A stretch of DNA of 64,000 bases from Podarcis tiliguerta (Eukaryota): the NCBI GenBank assembly GCA_965153285.1, contig OZ229110.1; one strand, 5' to 3'. Shown here in pieces: positions 11,544 to 24,621 of the stretch (the stretch's first letter is position 1; the number at the start of each line of letters is the position of its first letter). The position numbers and the translations under genes were made by a program. Below the pieces are notes generated by a model. It saw nothing but the letters and a program-made list of their open reading frames with translations. It was not told the DNA's origin and did not search any database.

Positions 11544-13483
11544 CCCTAGAGCGCCTGTTGAAGTGGAGCTGAAACCTAATGAGCATCTTAATCTGAGTAA
11601 CTGATTATGGAAGTTAAAGATATTCAGAAGCTAACAAGATCAGAAGGTTGTACTCAGTTGTCTCCATTAATGGGCAGTACTCTGCACTAGCAGAGGTTTC
11701 CATGAATGGAAGGGAAGCAGTTTTCATTATCTTCTGGGGGCCACCTGCCCCGTCAACCTCCACAATCCTTTGGAGCAGACCAGGGAAGGTCAACGGACTG
11801 CAGAGAGATGGGGGGGGGGGGGAAATCAGCAAACAATGCCTGCCCCCATTCCATTAAAGGAATCCTATGTTGGATTAAGGAGTCTTCGGTGAGTGGAGGG
11901 ACACAACTGAAAACAAACCTATTTACCATAAATTCTCCGAAAAACACACACCACTGAAGTGAAATAGGAGGTGAATTTCTGGAGGAAGCAATACATTCAT
12001 GTGATGTGTGTACATGTTTGGTGGATGGATATTTAACAAAACACTCTAGGCTTGAAGGCTGATGGCTAATCAGAATTACATCATTACCGAAAGCTCAGAA
12101 CATTATGTAAAAATGTGCAACAGACATCAACTGGAATGACAATGAGCTCACTGTCCTAGTGCTTTATTTATAAAACAAATGTGCTTAAGAATCTAGCAAC
12201 CTTTGTCAAACCTGTTATAAGTAGAATGTGTTCATGTGCATGTGTGCACGCCATGCTAAAAAGTCAGCAGGAAAGTCTTCTTTGTTTGGATCAATTTTTA
12301 CTACTGCCTTCTGATAGTTTGGGAGATTTCATGAATAATACAATACCTAGAGAATGAATGACTATGGCTCTTAACGCAGAACTTGCATCCTATAGGAATG
12401 CTGCCTGTTGATTTTATCTTTTGCAATACCCAGCAGTGCAGAAAAGATACTGATGGTGTTCCTGATTTGGCTATTCTTGGCTGCTTCAACAATGAGGCTA
12501 CAGATACAGTTATGTAAGTTAGAGCAATCCTCAAGCTGCATATTTCATGAATGAGATGCAGAGGCTCTTAGCTCAGCAGCATAAAAAACAGATTGGAGGA
12601 ACATCTAGTGCAGCCCACTAGAACATAAAAGTTATGCAAGTCTGATCGTGTGTAAAATGTGTTCATTAGTTGGGTCTTACAACCATGGAGCTATTTATTA
12701 TGAGGAAACAAAGGTACAGAGAAGTGATGAGACTTGACCAAGGTTGTGAGTCCAGAACTTCCAATTCGAACCCACCTGTCATGAGAAGGATGGATTTACC
12801 TCCCACCCACACTCTCCAAAAACAGACAGTGCTGCAGATCAAGCTATGGGTTAGATCAACTTTAATTCAGCAACAGCCTGTGCTAAACTGGCAGAATAGG
12901 CAACTGGGCTCACATACCAGAAGGATACTTTCACAGAAAAGAAAACTTTCCCCCATATAGGTATGCAGAATCCATAAACGAGAAGCAACTGCCAGGTGTC
13001 AGTGAAGGCACTCACTCTGACTCCACTAACGCTGTGTCCAACTACCTTGAGCAAGAATTTCTCCTTACTTTATTGATTCAGTAATAATATGTAATTGTTC
13101 CTAAGGCTTCTGTGTGACAGGATTTGTTCTCCTCCTGCCACTAGATTGCTGAAATATATCACATATGCACTGTCTTTAATTCACTACATCACTGTGCATC
13201 TGGGAAGGGCTTATAGAACTTTGAAATATTTCCCCTTCTAACTCTACAATTCTACGATTCTAGGATATGAACATTCTGGCATGTCCTGTGGATATCATAT
13301 AGATATATATATACTACTCCAGAGTTTGGGTGGGGGGTGAATAGGTACAGGTAGAAGTGTAGGGGGCTGAAGAAGGGGGTCATATTATTGCCGTTTACCA
13401 TAATACCAGTGCATCTAAAGAACCAAATTCTGAAGTCTCCACGGTCTCTTCGAACAGCAAACCTCTCAGGAAGAATTACTTAC

Positions 13484-13647
13484 GTCTGTGGAGCTGGGGC
13501 TGGGCAGGGACACAGGATGAACAGTTGCGGGGAAAGAAAATGTGGTCTCTGTCTTTTCATTTTCAGGGGAGTCAGGATGACTGGACAGAGGGGATGTGGG
13601 GGTCAGAGCCCCAAACCCCAGCACCGTGTTGTATTTAGGTGGACGAC
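13484..13647 (-). CDS. PHF21A: PHF21A canonical AT-hook exon ([20 protein letters not shown]...PSPSSTD), 164 nt, phase 1/0
   Basis: Completes the RKRGRPPK AT-hook; tag|GT acceptor, GAC|gtaagt donor. Confidence 0.95.
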
Positions 13648-13699
13648 CTACACATTAACAAAAGGGAACAAAAAGGGGAGGGGAAATAATCTTACATAC

Positions 13700-13722
13700 C
13701 TTTGGCCAGTGCTCCTCATTGG
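13700..13722 (-). CDS. PHF21A: PHF21A neuronal microexon (ANEEHWPK), 23 nt, phase 1/0, alternative to the AT-hook exon
   Basis: catgctag|CC AAT GAG GAG CAC TGG CCA AAG|gtatgt; peptide equals the recalled mammalian short-isoform insert; TACTAAC branch point at 13763-13769. Confidence 0.92.
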
Positions 13723-16564
13723 CTAGCATGAAAAAAAGGAAGTGATGTAGTACAGAGAAGAAGTTAGTATTATAGTCACGAGTGAAAGAAAGCCAAGTCA
13801 GGACTGTAAAGTTATTTTAAAGACACTTAAAGGAGAATTGTGTAAGGAAGGATGGTATCACAAGAGAGAAAACACATGCCTTCAGAAAGAGCGCTACTCC
13901 CAATATATCTCTATAACCACACTAATGTCTTTAACTTTTAACTTACCACCCCCAAATTCCCCTGGCAAAGAAAAGCTGCCATGATTTCTACCACTCTAAT
14001 TTATCATGGTATCTCCATCACATTGTTATGACCATTGGTAAATCACCCTCAGTGAGCCTAAGGTGAAACCTACATCTAAATACCACCTTTGTGCTAAGAA
14101 AAACTCACAACATTCCACAAATGCCAGAGAAAATTATGGCCTGCAACCCCATGAGATCTCTCTCAGCAAAAGGAGCTGCATGGTAGCCTAGGTGGGAGAA
14201 AGCCTCAACAAAGCTAATCTGAAAGTATGAAGAGTTGTTAAAATCCTATCCTGCTGACTGTAGGAAGATATAACTCACGATAAAGTGTGCTATTATTCCA
14301 AGTGAAATCACAACACGGTAGGAGACACCAATCTTTGTCTTTTGCATTACCACTACTCTGATGATTGATGAGAGGCATATGCTCAGAGAGGAATATATAT
14401 ATATAAAGATATTTAAGCAGTCAATAAGTGAAGCTAGAGACCGAGAAAAGAGGCAGGAAGATCAAATTAAACATGCATAGTAATCATTATCTTCAGTAAA
14501 TGGCACCTAACAACTCTGATGGAAAGTGGCACTGAAGGCCAATGCCCTCTGTGTGTTGAGGGACAGAAAGCCAACATCAGTGCAAAAAAACCCCAGTACA
14601 TCCAATTTTGCTTCAGGTGAGAAACAAATTATGCAAGGAAAGAAGGGCTCCTCTGAACATCTGATCTCCTGGGGAAATGCACTAATAGCTGAACTGAGCA
14701 GTTATGGCAGCAATTTGGGGGGAAAGTAAAGCCTGCTCAATGTAAACTGCAATGAGACCATCACTTTATTTTCAAAATGCCAAAAGCTGCCAAAGACTAG
14801 TAATAATAATAATAATATCAGGCACTATCGTTTTAAGCAAATTCAAATCAGTGGGCTAAACAGGAAGAGACAAATGCACTCTACTGAAACTGCTCAGCTA
14901 CCTAAAAACTCACCCAAACACTCATGTGCATGAACACACTCATCCTACTAGGTACATAGTGCATATATCTTTTAACATTTGAAATATCAAGTATTATACA
15001 ACTTACGTCCTCTGACCTGGCCATTTGTTTTTGAAACAACAGGCCCAGGAGCAGAGGAGACATTAGAAAGCATTACAGAAAGGGCATTCAGTGCTCACTC
15101 ATGATATTTAGCACTGAACAGAGTCAAAATAAATTAATCTCAAAGCCAAGCTTAGTTCTACTGTACAATTGGCTGGCTCTAAGAACACAGCAACCACTAC
15201 ACGAGAGCAGATCAGTAGTAACTTGTCTCAGACACAAAACAGACATGCTTGGTGATGTATTAGCAACAACAAGCATTGATGATACCTTTCTGATTCCTGG
15301 CCATCAACATACATTCTCTGTTGATCTTAGGGTCACCCAAAGCATTAGGAATTAACAACCTCTCTTGAACTCAACCATGTCGATAGCTGTCACAACCTAC
15401 TGAAGCAGAGGGCTTCATCTCAAAACTTCAAAAACTGTGCATCATCTGCTTCTTGGAGGCCAAACAACACTTAAAGGTTCAAGATGCAGGGAGAATGCAG
15501 AAACCTTCCCTCCTCAAGGAAAAGTGTTTTTGAGCAAACCTTCCACAGTTCACACCATCTCAATTTCAACTGGGCTCTCTTTCCTTTAATACTAGATATA
15601 TTGTTCACAGTGGAAGCAGCACAGTTTAGATCAAGGAATAAAATAGATATCCCAAGTTCTTTTCTTGTTCCATGAATTGGCTGCCCCATGCTCTGCTTTA
15701 CCTGCCTTACAGTTTTACATGGACAATTTCTAAAATACACCTCAGGGCTTATGTGCAGTTTGCCAGAGTTTTCCATTTGCAACATTACTCCTAACCCTTA
15801 ACAGTTTACAGATACACACTAAGGCACATGAATAGATATGACCATGTTACTACTGCCTTTTTCGTTAGTATTTTAATCAATGTTCGCCTTTGCTGGCATG
15901 GGTTAGTAACCTGTAAAGTGGGGGGGGGGGGAGTATGCAAATGGAAAACTAGCGAACTGCATGTGTAGCAGTCTAAACAAAGTCTGTACGTTAAAAATGG
16001 AAAAATGGCAGATTACTGGTGCCATTCCACAAGCAAGATCAAGAATTCAGAACCTTGATATCTAAGGAGAAAATTGGGTGGGAAGAATTTTGAAAGCATC
16101 CCTGTAATAATTTTAAGAGTACCATGGTTGCCACACGATGCCTTTCAAAGAAACCTGAACATGTTCTTAACAGCACAAGAAATAATTTCATAAACAGTGA
16201 GTCCTAACATAGGACCAAACACACTTAGTCACTACACAGGAAGAGTCTCAGAATGGGAGCTCAGTTACCACTTTGGCACCCCCCTTCTAGTCTGCATGAC
16301 AGGCTACATTTACTAATCTGGGTTGGGAATCTTTACTGGGCCAAGTTTACACACAGGAAATTCTCCCATTTATATCCTTATTCATTCCAGATTACCCTCA
16401 AAGCCTACCAACCAAGGATGCTTCTGTAGAGTAGCTGCCTACCAGGGTTATAGCATACCTACGATGTGTATTCAGTACCACAAAACTATTTTCTATATTG
16501 TTTTATTTCAGTCCAAAAGAAAGGGAAATAAACATACAGGGAGGTGCTATTATGAGACACCTAC

Positions 16565-16625
16565 CTCGTTTACGTGTCCCAGGATGCATTGTGCTGTTCA
16601 GGTATGTGACTGCGCTCTTCTTGCG
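16565..16625 (-). CDS. PHF21A: PHF21A coding exon ([20 protein letters not shown]-), 61 nt, phase 0/1
   Basis: Manual translation; aag|CGC acceptor, GAG|gtaggt donor. Confidence 0.95.
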
Positions 16626-16687
16626 CTTTACAGAAGAAAGGAAGAAAGTAGATAGTCAACTGTTTTGGCAAGTGAAAGCTACATCTA

Positions 16688-16695
16688 CACACACA

Positions 16696-16729
<34 letters not shown>
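16688..16729. repeat. (AC)n microsatellite
   Basis: Direct observation. Confidence 0.95.
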
Positions 16730-16731
<2 letters not shown>

Positions 16732-17159
16732 GACTATATAAAAAATCTGGAAAAACACAAGTGTTGAGTCCCATTGAAGCAAACAGGCTTTTGCACTTAA
16801 ATCCATAAATTTCAGTAAGAATCAAATGTAGGTTTAACTTTCTTCAGATTATATCCATTATCGTTTCAGTGTTTGGATACTACCCTGTAGAAAAGCTAGT
16901 CTTTCACACAATTACGGGCAATGCTGATCCCACTTGTGATGAGAGAAATAATTCAATGCCAAGTCTGGAATCATGCCAGAGAAGAAGGAGGAGGAGAGAA
17001 GATATAAGGGAAAGAAAGTATAAAGTAGGAAACTTCTTTCCATTTATAATTGTCCTTCATGCTCTCTTAAATGATGACAGCCCCACCTAGAAGGCTGAAG
17101 CAATGAGCAAAATGCTTTTCAGCAAGTTATTTACTTATTTTATAAGCAAAAATTGTTAC

Positions 17160-17239
17160 CTCAGGCTCAAAGACAGCTCCGCTGTACACTGGATTTGCTG
17201 TTGTCCTTCGTTTCCTTTCTTGTCGCTTACTTTGTATTT
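17160..17239 (-). CDS. PHF21A: PHF21A coding exon ([27 protein letters not shown]), 80 nt, phase 1/0
   Basis: Manual translation; aag|AA acceptor, GAG|gtaaca donor. Confidence 0.95.
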
Positions 17240-18568
17240 CTTGGGGAAAGGGTAGAAATAAAAGCATTTTAGGGCTCAAAGACCTCAATATCTAGTATGA
17301 GCAAGTTAGGAGTCAGGAACTATGGCTTCTGAAATGCTCTTTGCAAACTTAATTCTGAAGAAACATCCATATTATATAAATGGGTTGAAAGTAAAGTGGA
17401 AAGTTAAGTAAAAGAAAGTAAATTAGCTTAAGAAAGCGTTTCCTGCTCTTCCAAAACCTCTCAGCTGATATTTTTATCTTCCACATTCTGTGCCACACAA
17501 AATTTGTTGTTGGCAACTTATTTCTGCCAGAAGCAGGGAGTTGTTTGAAGACTGATTTATTTGCTTGACTTATATCCCAGTATTTCTCAATGCAATGAGC
17601 CAAAGGTGGATTACAACAACTTCATATCAAAATATTGCAAACTTTTTTTAAGGTACAAAACCATTTAAATATATTTAACTCAGGGGTGAGGAATCTCCAG
17701 GCCATGGGAGGCTGCTTTCCCCAAACCACACCCGTGCCCCACACCTGACTTTATATGTGACAACAGGTGTGGGGCAGGTAGAGATGTGGCTGCGAAAGCA
17801 CAACTGAGAGCTTAAAGCATGCTCCTTGTTGTTCAAAGTGGAGCAGATGGAACTGCAGTGGGCTGATGGATCCGCTGTGCAGATGATATCTCTGCACAAA
17901 GTAGGCTTGGTGTCACTGCCCACTGAATTGGCAACACAGCTGATCCTTACAGAAAAGAGACTTGGGGTCACTGCCTTTCAGCTGATGGGTAAAACTTCAA
18001 GCCTCATGTTTTCTTTTGCAGCACGCTTTGTTGCACAGAAATGAAAAATTAGTCACCTGACTTCATAGTGAGACCAGTTGATTGGCAGAGTTGCTGCCAG
18101 GGTTGAGGGAACCTAGGATCCAGCCTGCCAGTCAGAATAATTTCCCTCAGTTTAAACAATGTGCTAATTAATTGATAAAGGAAATTAAGTTATTTGAAAA
18201 ATAGTACTGTGGTGGTTCTGCTATTGAAGAAACCATATTTGTGGCCTTAGATCTCCTAGTCAGAAACCTAAAAATCAGACTAGCATTTAGGATCATCATC
18301 CTATTTGGTCATTTTTTCAACTCCAGGAAACAACCCAGAACCTTGAACAGAAAATATGTCACTTTTTAAAACTGATATTTTAAACTTTGATACATGGGAA
18401 AGTATGCACTCTAAGCAGAAATATTTGAAACTTGTACATTAATTCCAGAGCTCTGGAATTTATGCAGCTCAATCCTAAACTTATTTACTTGGAAGTAAGC
18501 ACCATTAAGTTAAATAAACTTTTTCCTTGATAGTGTGCAAAGATTGCAGCCATAGTCATTTTTCTTAC

Positions 18569-18620
18569 CTTCTAGATGGTCATGTGTAACCAGTCCAAGA
18601 GACACCATGAAGGCAAGTTT
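18569..18620 (-). CDS. PHF21A: PHF21A coding exon (KLAFMVSLGLVTHDHLE-), 52 nt, phase 0/1
   Basis: Manual translation; cag|AAA acceptor, AAG|gtaaga donor. Confidence 0.95.
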
Positions 18621-20909
18621 CTGTATCAGAAAAGAAGAAGAAAACAATTCAATCAAATTAAGAGAGGCACTAAACTTCTTTTAAGGTGAAATAGTAGCTT
18701 TAAAAAAGTGATACAATTTTCACTGAGCAATTCTTCAAAAACATGCATCACCTGTATATCTCAAATGGCACTTCATAAAATGAAGCAAATAACAGCAATA
18801 TGTATCTTTATACAACTTGCATATCCCTTAGTTCAAAGAGGAGGGTTGGCAAGCTCATCTCTGTGGATCTATGAGACTGAAGGCAGCTCCACACTTTACA
18901 CAGAAATCTTTATGCAGCAGGTACACTAGTTTTTTCTACAGCAACCTCATAAAGGGTGGACAACATAGATGCATATAGGTGATTCCTAAAGCCTGACTAG
19001 GCCAGGGCTCCCAGAAGCATGGACTTGTTAGTTAAAAGATGCAGACACAAGTGTTGCTGCAGAGAAACACCAATTTAAAACCAGCTGCACCTGTTAACTG
19101 CTGAATTACAATACATCAAGCACATTGCTATCACTTGTGGACTGACCTAAGACAAAATATTTGTTAGCATACTGAGTAAGATAATTAGCATAACTATGCT
19201 AGGATGTCTGTATTACCAACAACTGCTTTGTGAATTACCACTGCTAATTAGATGCACTGTCTGTACTTCTCTGCATTTCAGCTTCCTCTGACCACTATTT
19301 ACAAATAGCCCCCAACTCTGCACCTAACAGTTCAGCTGCACCCTAGGCCTTTGCTGTCCATTCAAAACTAATTTGAAAAATTAAAAAAAAATCTCTGTAT
19401 AAACTTGCATGTGTATCAGATATATTGTAAAATTCTCATGATTTTATGGTTTATCATTTTGTAAATTGCTTTGAGGTTTGTCTGTTTTTACAATCAAGCA
19501 ATGTATAAATGAATAAAATAATAAATAACATTATACTTTATGAAAATGAAAACAGAACATAGTGTGATTTGAATTGTGAAAGCCATAGTTATCTAACTGG
19601 AGATTACTCAAAACCTGAAAACATGGAAGCCTTCCAGCACAAGCAGGGATTTCTGAACTGTCCAGATGATTGCTGCATAAGCTGTTTGCTCAGAACATCA
19701 CAGCTGTATGTATCTATTTTAAAGAGACAGCCAAGTTATGCTATTCTTAGACTGCTATAAAAAGTTTTAGGGCATGAGAACCGTGAGATTCAAAAAGCAG
19801 TAGTTCACTTTCATCTCATCTAGCACAACTGTTCAGGTCAAGTATTTGCAATCTATGATTTCTTAACTCCATGAACCATGTTTTAGAATTCAAGAGACTA
19901 GACCTGTGTGGCAATGTTTGGCCTCATTCCCTTTCTCTGTATATGAATCACATGGACTGCAAAAGGACAGCCACAGCGGAGCAAAAAAGTATTTCAGATT
20001 CTGACAATACTAAGTAAATTAGTAAAAAGTGAACTCTCTTTGCTCGTTTAATATCTTCTCCCTGTGCAGAGAGGGAAACCAAGATCTCCCCCTTAAAAAA
20101 AAAAATCAGAATTTTGATGGTAGAATATTGTCTAAATGGGCCCCAAGGGAGATTCACTAGTTCCAGTTGATTTTGTGTGTTGCTCAAGCTGCCAGAATCC
20201 AGGTTTCTTAACTTGCGCTTTCTGAAAGATTTGCAGGGTGATAGCTATGTTAGCCTCTTGCAACAAAAAGAAAAAGAAAAGAAAATAAAGAATTGTGGCA
20301 CATTGAAGACTCACAAATCTATTATGGTAGAAGCTTCTGTGGACTACAGTCCATTTCATCAGAAGTATTTTTCTGAGTTGCAGGTATTCATAGAAAACAA
20401 GCTGTCTGAAATGCTATTATAACTCCACTCACCCAAGGAAACAATAAACTCACCCAATCTCTCTTTTCTAACAGCTGGGGGAACCTTCACACACTCACTT
20501 AAATGTGTCATTGTTCCACAGAAAACAAAATAAATCCACAGGCATTTATGTTATTTATAATGTGTTATTTTCAAACTTACATGATGCAAATGTTCAGGAG
20601 CTTGATTAAACAAAAACCCTATTTGTTGCAATGGATGGTTACCAGCGAGCTGTAGCTTTATTGTTAAATTTGTATAGGTATTAAGACATGTACCAGTCCA
20701 ATAGATCTACTATGTGAATGGGTCTTATTATTTGTTATACAAACCATAATTATGAGATTTTTCACAGGGTATATTTTCATCTTTGGTGTTTCATAACAGG
20801 AAAGGTTATGAAAGGGGGCAGCATCACGAAAGGCCTGGGAAGGGTGGGCTGGAGACACTTGGAGCACCTTCAAGCCGAGGTGTCAGGACACTCTCAGCTT
20901 TCAGGAAAG

Positions 20910-20937
20910 GTGTGTGTGTGTGTGTGTGTGTGTGTGT
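20910..20937. repeat. (GT)n microsatellite
   Basis: Direct observation. Confidence 0.95.
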
Positions 20938-21613
20938 AGGATGAGTGTATTGGGCATCCTTGCACAAAATCTCTTGGGACATCCTTAAGCCCCCATGCTA
21001 CCTTTGCAAAGGGGAGGGGCAGTCAAGGCGCCAGCGAATACAACTTTTCCTTAGTCAAACAAGGCCAACCAAAACATGTTTAAGATGTGCATGTGGGATT
21101 GGAGAAGTTGTCGTGCGTGATGAAATCTGAACGCTCAAAAGAGCTAAGGATAATTTGGGATTTCTATGTATATAGCACAGTAGAGCGAGCTGGAAAAGCC
21201 ACTGTTCAAGCCTTACCTTAGACAAGAACTTAAAACAAGGCTAGATTCTTTCAGCCTCCTTTCTGGAATATAGGGCCTCAATTACAGGGTTATTGCAAAA
21301 ATTACTAAGAAAACATGAAGCACTTTGAACACCCTTAGGTGCTACATGCAAGCATCATTATCATAAAGTCAGGAGCTTTTGCATTCTTTCTTCCAGCCCT
21401 GAAAATATTTGGTGATCAGGAATTTGTGGCTAGATTTAGCATTCCTCAGACATATAGACCTCTTCATTGCAGCAATAACACTGTGAAGAATGTGAATCTC
21501 TTTTAAGAGGAAAAGTGGCATTAAAATGTAGATGAAAATAAGCATTTCTAAAGAATTTTTTTTTTAATCTGCCCAACCCCACAAAAGGATATTGTAGATA
21601 TTTGTACTAGTAC

Positions 21614-21712
21614 CTGTGGGTTTTCTTCTCGTTTTGGTTTGGGTGGTGCAGGAGGAGCAACTGTATGAATCTCTGTTGGCTTCTCCTCTGTTTCCGCTTG
21701 GGGCTTGATGGT
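21614..21712 (-). CDS. PHF21A: PHF21A coding exon (TIKPQAETEEKPTE...KPKREENPQ), 99 nt
   Basis: ORF 21548-21733; cag|ACC acceptor, CAG|gtacta donor. Confidence 0.93.
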
Positions 21713-24321
21713 CTGAAAGGGAAACAGCAGCAAGTGAACACGGGTTTCTTAAATTCCTAAACAAACAGAAACAGCAGCCAGTGTTTTTCTTTACCAAAAT
21801 GAAGAAAAGGATGGAAATGAATCCGAACAATACACTAAATATTTTCCCCAAGAGCTCCTTTAAAAAGTGTGGTAAATTTTAAGTAGTGAAAACACAATCC
21901 CAAATAAAAATTACTATTTAGAACATCAAGTGTACAACTGCAACACTTAAGTAGCCCAATTCAGCAACTAGATGATGTAATAATAATAACTTTGCATCCA
22001 TGCTGTGGATAAGAGGGGCTACGTATAAGAGAGACCTGGTAAGCAGAACGTTTTGTGAAATAACATTCCATGAAAAGCTTCTCCAGACAATAATCTGTCT
22101 GAGAGATGCACCTTGCATCTCTCTCATTCATTATTCACTATAACAAGAATTTGCCTGAAGATAAGTTCTCCAGAATTCCCAAGTGCTGGGTTTTCCTGAA
22201 ACTCATTCGCTTAGTGATGTCATAATCCCCTGCATATTGCATCATAAGTGCCTGCCCAATGATTCCCACTTTATGACATAGCTGTGATGTCACAAAATTA
22301 GATCCATCTGTTCTAAGATGACAAATATGTTTTCAATGTGTTCACTCAGAAATAAGAGAAACATGAAGAAATAACTTGAACCATATTGTTTGAAATTGTG
22401 AATTATTTTGCATTACTTCTTGGTCCCATTTACTAGACTGTGTGATCCTACTTGCTTGTTTGGATGAACCACAACTAACACTATAAGTGCAGTTGTGCTG
22501 GAAGAGCAGAGGGGGAAACTCAAGAACCTAACACTAAACTATGGTTTGTGGTTTGCGCAAACTAGACCAATGGTTTGACAAGTGAGGATGAAACCTTGTT
22601 TCTTAATTGTTTTATTTGAAATGATGGTGGCCACTTTGGACATCTCCTTTAGAAAATAAAAGTAGGAGGGTGTACCTTTTATTATAAATAAATACGTGTG
22701 TGTGTGTGTGTTCCTAAGACTGGCAAGTGGAAAAGAGAGGTCTGGCTCTGTTCACACTTGAGAAAACTTTCTGCCTATTTACGACAAGAAAAGCCATGAC
22801 CAGCCTGGAAGCAGCCTTCCTCAGTACATAAGGGCTGAAAGGCGGTTTCTCTGCACTGGTACTATGTATAGGCTTTTCTTCCACATTTAAGCACTAGGGT
22901 TTTTGCTGAAGGTCCTTGCTTCTATGAAACCTAGAGTTGTAGCCAGCCTTGGCACATTGCCACCTGTTGCAGTGCCATATCACCTTGCATATGCTTCAGA
23001 GTGTTTTGAAGAGAGGACGATAATGTAAGTTTTTGGGGGAAAGGTGACACACTTCTGTCTACTTAAAAAATAACCGCTCATGGCAAATTTGTCAAGCTTA
23101 TAAGACTGAAACCAAGCAAGCTTTTGATCAGTAGACTCAAAGGTCAGTTTAAAGTGCATTTGCACAAAAAGGCCTACATCTGATAGATGGAATTAGAGGA
23201 AATTCTCAAATGTCCAGCGTTATAAACTACTTACAAAAGGTTAGCTGAAACTGATGGTAATTAAGTCATCTGCATGTCTGCTTCATCATAAATGTCAGCA
23301 AGATTATGGATAAATATTATTTGATGGTTAATGTTTTATGCTGAAGCAGCAGAAAAAGCACAAAACGAGTAAATTTTAATTATTCTGATGTACTATATAT
23401 AAAATCACAATTTAACTGCTCACTCATTATGAATTATTGGTACATTCCCAATCCCTGTCTGAGGAACAAGGTATTATCAACCATCCGTATTCACACATTG
23501 TATCTCACGATTGGCATGAGACAGAGAACAGTGCTGTGACTTGCTGGCTTGTCCAGCAGCGTCCTCTCCTGCCAGCCCTGCCCCATCCATACATTGCAAG
23601 AAACCTCTGAACAGGAGAGCCTACCCTATATGTGTATCCACCCCCTGTGATAGAGAATCCAGTGAAATCAGGATTATAAATTTGGGATGCAGGAAAATTT
23701 CACTTGGCCTGCATTTTTAAGCAAATGCACCTCCCAAACTAAACAAAACAGATTGAAACAAAATTATACTTTGGATTTTGCACTTCTCCAAATTTTGCAA
23801 TATCGTTGGCTCAAAAAAAAAAGGTGTCAAAATGCGTTAAATAATGGGAATTTGCTTTAGGATAAAATAGGCTTTCCAAACGCCAGTTTGGAAAATACAC
23901 AACTAAATACATATTTTGATATTAAAATACATATTTATGTATTTAAATGCAGAGTTTTGGACAGTCTTTTAAAAACTGCTCAGCTTAATATGGAAACAGG
24001 ATGGACTGCACCTATGAGCACACACAGGAAATGGACACAGGCTGGAAATGGACTGATCTACCCATCCCTATTCCAAATTGTGCAGGGAGCCTGCCCAGGT
24101 TTCTCCAACATATGGACAGTCTAAGTGTGGGTGGAAGGGGATGAGATGGCTGGTATGGAAGGGCTAGTGGCCACAGCCCTGCTCTCGGTCACACAAGATT
24201 GCTAACCACAGGAGAGGCAATGAGAGGACAGGTCTTATGTTATGGTTAATTGCATTTGTATCTCCATTAATTCTATTGACTTTAGGAGAAGGAAACAATT
24301 CACAGTTTAAACTACTAATAC

Positions 24322-24621
24322 CTGTTTCTCAACATTTGGTTTGCTGATTTGTAGAGTCTGAGGTCCAGCAAGCCTGGTACCTGGGGCTGCTATAACAATG
24401 CTGGTGAGTTGTGCCATTGGAAAAGTTTTGGCTATGGTTGCTGTTTGCCCATTCACTACACGGACTGGGTGTATGGAATTCTGAGAGGAAGGTAAGGAGG
24501 TGGGTGTGAATTTTGTTGTCAGCATCACAGGCCTCTGAATAAGCTGAGGAGCAGCGAGCATAGGAGGAGGTGGGGCAGGGGCGATAGGAATGTTGTTCTG
24601 GGCAACAGGTTTAGGTCGAAC
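24322..24621 (-). CDS. PHF21A: PHF21A coding exon ([10 protein letters not shown]...SKPNVEKQ), 300 nt
   Basis: ORF 24307-24561 translation extended upstream; tag|GTT acceptor, CAG|gtatta donor. Confidence 0.95.

Noticed and set aside
13016-13045. Possible 30-nt exon VVGHSVSGVR with an AGA|gtgagt donor
   Set aside because: The acceptor is AAG with a purine-rich upstream region and no pyrimidine tract
17675-18055. 98-aa minus-strand ORF with an upstream branch-like motif
   Set aside because: No resemblance to PHF21A, an early stop when spliced in phase, and no convincing donor
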